54,434 bases of DNA from Microthyrium microscopicum (lineage: Eukaryota), in assembly GCA_010405405.1 (NCBI GenBank), contig MU004243.1, positions 62,001 through 116,434 of the forward strand, given 5' to 3'. Position numbers and translations under genes: made by a program. The notes below the pieces were generated by a model. The model saw only the letters and a program-made list of their open reading frames with translations. It made no database searches and was not told the origin of the DNA. Of the stretch, positions 48,707-54,434 are shown in pieces (the stretch's first letter is position 1; every line of letters starts with the position of its first letter).

Positions 48707-49147
48707 ATGCACTTCATCCTCCTTCCCATCTTCGCCAGCCTCGTCCTCGCTCTTCCCCAGGCCCCAGCACCAAAGTCACCATCGCTACCAACCACCACGG
48801 CGGCTGCAACTCCTGGTGCCAAAGGATTTCCAGATGCGAAAGCACTAGAATCTCTACTTTCATCGCTGGCCGCTCAGGCCACGCCAGGTCCTAATGGGTG
48901 AGTTTGCACTTCAATCTATACACAGTTTTACAGTCACAAGCACACTGCAACAATACAATCCTCCAATTGGTTGATGAGGACCGAGCAAGGCTGACGAGAT
49001 ATGTTCTGCAGGCAGATGTGCGTAAAAACGGCTAATGGCGGTGGCTGCTGGAGTTCAGGCAGTGCAAGTGGTTCAGGCGGATCCGGATTCAATATCGGAA
49101 AGGGATCCAGTGGTGGAAAAGGATCTAGCGTTGCAAAAGGCACATAA
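48707..49147 (+). CDS. Small secreted protein (108 aa, 2 Cys, Gly/Ser-rich tail)
   Basis: MHFILLPIFASLVLA-LPQAP signal peptide. Intron 48898-49011 (GTGAGT...GCTGAC...CAG). Exon 2 reads QMCVKTANGGGCWSSGSASGSGGSGFNIGKGSSGGKGSSVAKGT*. Confidence 0.7.
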
Positions 49148-49578
49148 CCTGTTGATTGAAGTTATGTTCAGTAATGGCGAGTTGTATATAAGAGGAATGC
49201 GATCAGGAACATCACAGACCGAGGAGGAGCATACCGAGACGATTGTGGAGAGCGATAAGATAGCAATGGATATTGTGTAAGATATGTTCTGCACCACCCT
49301 CGACAGGGGCCAGCAGATGATAATATGTCAGTCCCAAGTGTGGTTCTATATACAGATCTCCATCGTGCCCAATGCAAAACCTGTAACCGGAGTTGCTAGG
49401 GCGTTGTATCCAAAACGCCAAAAATGCCAATCTTTCCATGAGACTATGCCCAGTCTCAACGCCGAGCAATGCCATAAAAATAGAACATACATAATCACAC
49501 AAGTACGCGTTCACTCATTAGTATAAATTCAGGGAGACGCGCTCGCCCCGCTCGTCCCGCTCATCCACTTCATCCATT

Positions 49579-52095
49579 TTATCCGTACCGCCAGCTACTT
49601 TGTTGTGGATGTTGCGGTTTCCACTGTTGCGAGGCCCGACTGTTCGTCTGTTGATATCCAGCGCCACTCGCATATGGCCCCGATGGGCCGCGGCGATTGG
49701 TGCCAGGCCAAGCTGTTGTTGGTGCGCGCCGGCGTTTGCGACAGTTCCAGATGCAGGAGCCGATTAGCAGCAAGACTATTGCGCCTGCTCCGCATGCTAT
49801 GCCGATGACTAGGCCTTTATGTTGATCAATCCAGGATTTGACTTCTTTGATGAATGATGAGCCTTTGCAAGCTCCCTGTGCGCTGTTAATAAACCGAATT
49901 CAAGAATAGGTGAAGACTTTGACTTACATTACTACAAAACCCGCCGCCACCACACTGCGTTCCATCCAAGAAGTTTTGCTGCATAGTCATGCAAGCATTC
50001 GGTAAGCTCGGGCTCGAACAACTGATGGTGCAAGAAATGCTGTCGCAGGCATACGTGTCGTTCCCTTGACTGTAGCTACCCATGAGAGTCTTGCACTGCT
50101 GATTACGGCTCGTACAATGACCACTAGCACAGTTCAAGCCACTGCCACACCCTTGGCCATCTGGCGCTGACTTATCTGCTGGACAAGTAGCGTTAAGACC
50201 ATTACATGTCTCAGCGGGGTCGCATACGCCAGTAGAAGCACGGCAGACAGTGCCGTTGGAGGCGAATTTGCATCCACTACAGCATTCGTCGTTGGTATCG
50301 TCGCATACAGCACCATTCTTGAATTTGCATGTGTTGGGGTCGCAGCAGGCGTCGCTTCCGCAGCCTGCGGTGCCGCCGCAGTCGCACTCTTCGCCTTGTT
50401 CAACGATGCCGTTGCCACATTTTGCGGCAGTGAGGAGTGGGACGGCTTTGTTGGAGGAGAAACAGGAGGTCTTAACACTGCCACGGCCGATGGCAGCGCA
50501 TATGTTGCCAATAGAGCATTGAGAGAAGGCTGTTATGCCTTGCGCGGTCGATGGGTTCATGATAAACTTTTGGCCGGCGTCGCAGGTTCCGGAGCTTAGT
50601 GGACAGCACATCTGTTGGGTGGATGTACCGTCTGAACAAGTCTGAGAAGTACAATCATGGACTGCGCCGAAAGTATGGCCAGTTTCGTGCCTAAAATATG
50701 TTAGAGGCTGCAGGTATGAAGTCCTCGCTTTACTTACGCAATAACCTGCCACTCCGTCGAGGTTTTGGCAACAACGTTAGCTCCAGCAACAGTCTGAACG
50801 CCACCACTAGTGCCGTTACGAGCTTGTGTAGAGACAACGCATGCCTGCCCAAGCCACGCCAGTCCAACAGCAGGGCCGGAGTTGCAAGTTGTAAGAAGAG
50901 TCCAGTGAGAATTGCTATCCGCCTGCTTACCTCGCCATTGCGAGAATAGGTTCAATCGTCCTTGAATATCCTGGCTATCACATCCAGTGTTCCAGGGTGT
51001 CGCAGGAGGTGGTGAACTGGGGCAATCTTTGGGAGAAATGGTAAGATTTTGTAGGCCAAGCGATATCTGAAATGTTTTCTCATAAACAGCACTAGCTGAG
51101 TTGATCTGCGCAATAACGTTGGCTTTGACTGCGTCCTGATCGGCAAATGAAGCAGTATATGTGCAATCAGTGGCAACGCCAACCAGTGCAACCTATCGAG
51201 AGATGTTAGCAAGAACCTAGCATGATACGTCCATACGCCCTACCTTTCTTGTTGTGGGACAACCACTGGTTTGACCAATTGTTGATACAAGGTTCACACC
51301 TGCAGAGTTACCAGTTCCGGTCGAAGTATCGATTTGTCTCTTTCCAAAGAGGTTGCCCATAGGTACACTCCAGAAATTGCTTTGACCATCTATCGGTGCG
51401 CCAGATAAAACGGGGTGTTCGACGTCCATGTTGAATTCCAAATTATCAGATTCGCAAGACAGCGACGGCCCAGAGACATGCGAGTCCGCCGGAAAATAGC
51501 TCCTCTTCTTGAACTCCTCATGACCATCCAACCAGTCCGACCTGATATCCGAATCCCTAAACACAACCATCTCAGCATCCCTTCCTCTATGCGGCGGTAA
51601 CGGGTCCATCGGATGCTTCGTCTGCATATATTTATCCCTCAACGAGATATGATGGTGATCATGATTTATTGTGAATGCGCCCTCGAATACCGGCCTCTTC
51701 CCATCCTTATGCACCAGTACCCTTGCATGTCCTACATTTTGAAATGACCCGTCCACATTCTGCGACCACACATCTCCCTTGTAGACTTTATGTAAATGCC
51801 GGTCTATCGGCTCCGTCCGTACCACTTCGCCATTATGTCCTAGGTAAGATACTTGTGCGCCCTGCGGTATTATGTCGTGATTAGGTTCTAAGGAGAATCG
51901 TATGCGGCGCTTGAAAGCAAAAAATGAGAGATCGAAACTTTGAAATGCTGATATTCGATGTGAACTTGTGTCCACCGATGCATCCAGGACGTTTTCGACG
52001 GTATTTAGAGGGTTCCGGTCGAAGGAGGATGCAGATGCCCAGGGGAGATAGGCTGCTGGAGCCAAGGCGGCTATGAAGAGATGTTGTAATATCAT
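49579..52095 (-). CDS. ADAM-family disintegrin and metalloproteinase (fungal ADM-B type)
   Basis: Signal peptide, prodomain, VALVGVATDC, zinc motif WQVIA/HETGHTFGAVHDC, Met-turn FIMNP, disintegrin CGNGIVEQGEECDCG, Cys-rich region, TM helix and short tail. Introns 51243-51193, 50737-50691, 49927-49876. Confidence 0.94.
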
Positions 52096-53043
52096 GTTGT
52101 ATGATCGGACTAAGGCTCTCTGCAAGACGCCGGGTCTTGCTGAGAGGTTGTGTTGGGGCTAGTCCTGTTGTTGTTAAGGTCACTGTGGACCGTGAAGGGC
52201 GATGGGGGTTGCCCGAGTGTAGATGTTATGAGTCGAAATGAGTGCTCGCCACCATTTGTAGGTCGAATGAGTAGTGTCTATGTAGAGTCGAAAGGATACT
52301 CAGCCGAACGGGGGATTGCGACGCAAATGGGATAATGAATCAATGATGGAGTGATTAGTGCCTTGGTAGAGCGAAGGTAGGCGAGAGAGAAGTTGCAACG
52401 ATCGTATTGGAGTATGGAGGGAAGGACCAAGGAAGTCGAGAGGTTAGTGGCTGGGCAAGAGGAGAGTGAATGGGTGAGATGGATCTTTGGTGGTGGAGAT
52501 GGACAGGTATGGTCAGGGTAGGAGAGAAAGATGGGGGAAAGTCCAGGCGAGTGTTCGCTGGGCGTTGGTGGCTGTGTCTCACGTCTCATGCAGCTGAAGG
52601 TCTCAACACCATCAACTTTCTCTTTTTCTCGCCGCTGTCAGCGTCCACGGTTTTATCGTAAAAGCTTCAAGTGTTGTTTTACATTTGGTGACAAATCTTT
52701 CAGTTCTTACTCAAGCCACACATTCATGATGCTTACGCTATAAATACAGTATCAGATCTAGATGGATCATGGATCTACTGTTCCCATATTACAGTGTCGC
52801 CCCAGCAATCTATCCCCTCGGCGGTTAGAATTCGATCCCCGCTGCCTTGTGGCCTATGCAGAGTGGCGTACGCCTAATCAACCTGGAAAAGAACCTTAGG
52901 CAAGTAAGATTTCAACGTCAGTTAGTAGTTTGTGTGATGAAGCATAAAGCAACGCAGCAAAAAGAGAATATCACAACGAATAACTTAGATAAATACAAAA
53001 AAATATTTTTGTAAGGCGGACGCCTTATGTGTTCATTGGTTAC

Positions 53044-53672
53044 CTACTTGAAACAGTTCTTTGTTCGGTCCGTCCACTTGCAATTACCGCAGACGCCTCC
53101 GAATTCGTCCTCCAGAATGACACAACCTGACCATGGGCCCATATTCTTCTCGCATTTCGGACACGGCTAGTTATTATTAGTTAAATATAAGGCGTACGCA
53201 ATAGAATTTACTTACTGGGTCTTGAAGAACACCACGACTCTGAATGAGGATGGAATTAGTGTAGGAAGTTCGAATGTAAGTTGTCATTTGCTCGTTGGTG
53301 ATCTATTATATATTAGTATTTCTATTTAAGGATTTTATAAGACGTACGTTATACTTCTTACTGAAGATTGGATTGGCAGGCATTGCAAGAATACGTTTTT
53401 GTTGGAGCTAAATAGAATAATTATTAGTATTAAAAATTTTTATATTGCGTACGTACTGTATGGCATTTAGTTGCTAGCTGAATATCGGGATGGTCCAAGT
53501 TCTATTCGGACATCGAGATATTGCCAGATTTGCCTAAATAAATGTTAGTATTTTTATTACAAAAGGGACATTTGAACGGCGCTATACCTTCTTCGGCTGG
53601 TGAAGCCGTACGAATACCCTCAATGAGGCTAGGCGCTTCGTAATATTTGTCTACTTCTAAGGAATTAGCCAT
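53044..53672 (-). pseudogene. DUF3716-like Cys-rich protein gene, 5 exons, one in-frame TAG
   Basis: Exons 53672-53588, 53533-53457, 53407-53348, 53302-53216, 53166-53044 (all GT-AG; 432 nt, phases consistent). C-terminus RTSYTNSILIQSRGVLQDP/PCPKCEKNMGPWSGCVILEDEFGGVCGNCKWTDRTKNCFK*. Premature TAG at 53504-53502. The frame stays open upstream to an AG at 53745, so the gene may start further right. Confidence 0.75.
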
Positions 53673-53749
53673 GGTTACTACTCGACTAATTTGCCATTTA
53701 TGGTCTGGTGGACGGATAGAAAATTCACGATTTTTTGTATATACCTAGG

Positions 53750-54434
53750 AAATATATCTTTATTTCTTATTATAAGACGTACGAAGCTAAAAGTATAATA
53801 ATAATGTAGGTCTACTATAGAGAAATCTAAATCTTTAATTAGAATTTTTATAGCTATTATAGTTTAGCTATAATTATTAAATATATAATTAAGAGATTTT
53901 TTATATACGTACGTCTACTAAAAATCTCTAATATTAAAAGATTCTTTATAAAGTAGTTCTTATATAATTACTTCTTCTAATATATTAAATATAATATAAA
54001 TATAATAATATCTTAAAAAATACTATTATTTATATTATATTTAGTATAATATAAGGTTTTAAGTATATATTACTTAAATTTAACTTATATTAACTATATA
54101 ATATAGTAATAATAGCTTATAATAGCTTATAATAGCTTATAATAGCTTATAATAGCTTATAATAGCTAAATATATATAAAGAATAACTATATTTAGCTAA
54201 TTCTTAATAAAAAAGCTATTTTACTTATATTTACTTATTATTAAGTATTTAGACTATTATAAGCTATAATTAGCTAGTAATATTACTTATTATTAATATA
54301 TCTTAGCTTATAATAACTAATAATAGCTTATAATAGTCTAATTACTTAATAATAATAACTATATTTAGCTTATTTTTAATATAAAAGCTATTTTACTTAT
54401 ATTTACTTATTATTAAGTATTTAGACTATTATAA
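53750..54434. repeat. RIP-degraded AT-rich repeat block with mini-satellites (continues beyond window)
   Basis: CpA/TpG nearly absent. (AATAGCTTAT)x5.7 at 54111-54167. An ~81-bp direct repeat at 54182-54262 recurs at 54354-54434 (172-bp offset). Confidence 0.85.

Noticed and set aside
52815..52850. TTCGATCCCC resembling a tRNA T-loop
   Set aside because: No GTTC consensus, cloverleaf or A-box.
1..54434. Whole window as a Starship or other giant cargo element bounded by the AT-rich ends
   Set aside because: No DUF3435 tyrosine-recombinase captain is recognisable, the two ends share no visible similarity, and the content is largely core genes (TOA1, RAD50, wc-2, RRG9).

Overview
Genomic DNA of a filamentous ascomycete (Pezizomycotina). 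Short GT-AG introns with CTRAC branch points support this, and three AT-rich blocks (1-~830, ~31.2-40.3 kb, ~53.7 kb-end) are TpA-rich and CpA/TpG-poor, as expected after repeat-induced point mutation (RIP). Left half, mostly core genes: a fibronectin-III/coiled-coil membrane protein, a hypothetical protein, TFIIA large subunit (TOA1), white collar-2 head-to-head with RAD50, a membrane-anchored hypothetical, RRG9/neugrin with a 96-bp internal duplication, a TBC Rab-GAP and a DHA1 MFS transporter. Right part, a run of secreted/surface protein genes: GPI protein, AA9 LPMO, subtilisin, small secreted protein and ADAM protease. Main observations: (1) a 9,031-bp RIP-inactivated TIR element (31232-40262) sits in codon 8 of an otherwise intact SDR gene. 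It has ~120-bp TIRs, an apparent AT (not TA) target duplication, a manually de-RIPped DD34E Tc1/IS630-type transposase, several unidentified relic ORFs and a 50-bp repeat array. (2) The 341-nt TOA1 intron 2 holds a nested multi-stem RNA structure overlapping a candidate stop-containing (poison) exon. (3) A multi-intron DUF3716-like gene, missed by the ORF track and carrying one premature TAG, lies at the edge of the right RIP block. All gene models were spliced by eye; family names come from motif recognition, not database searches.
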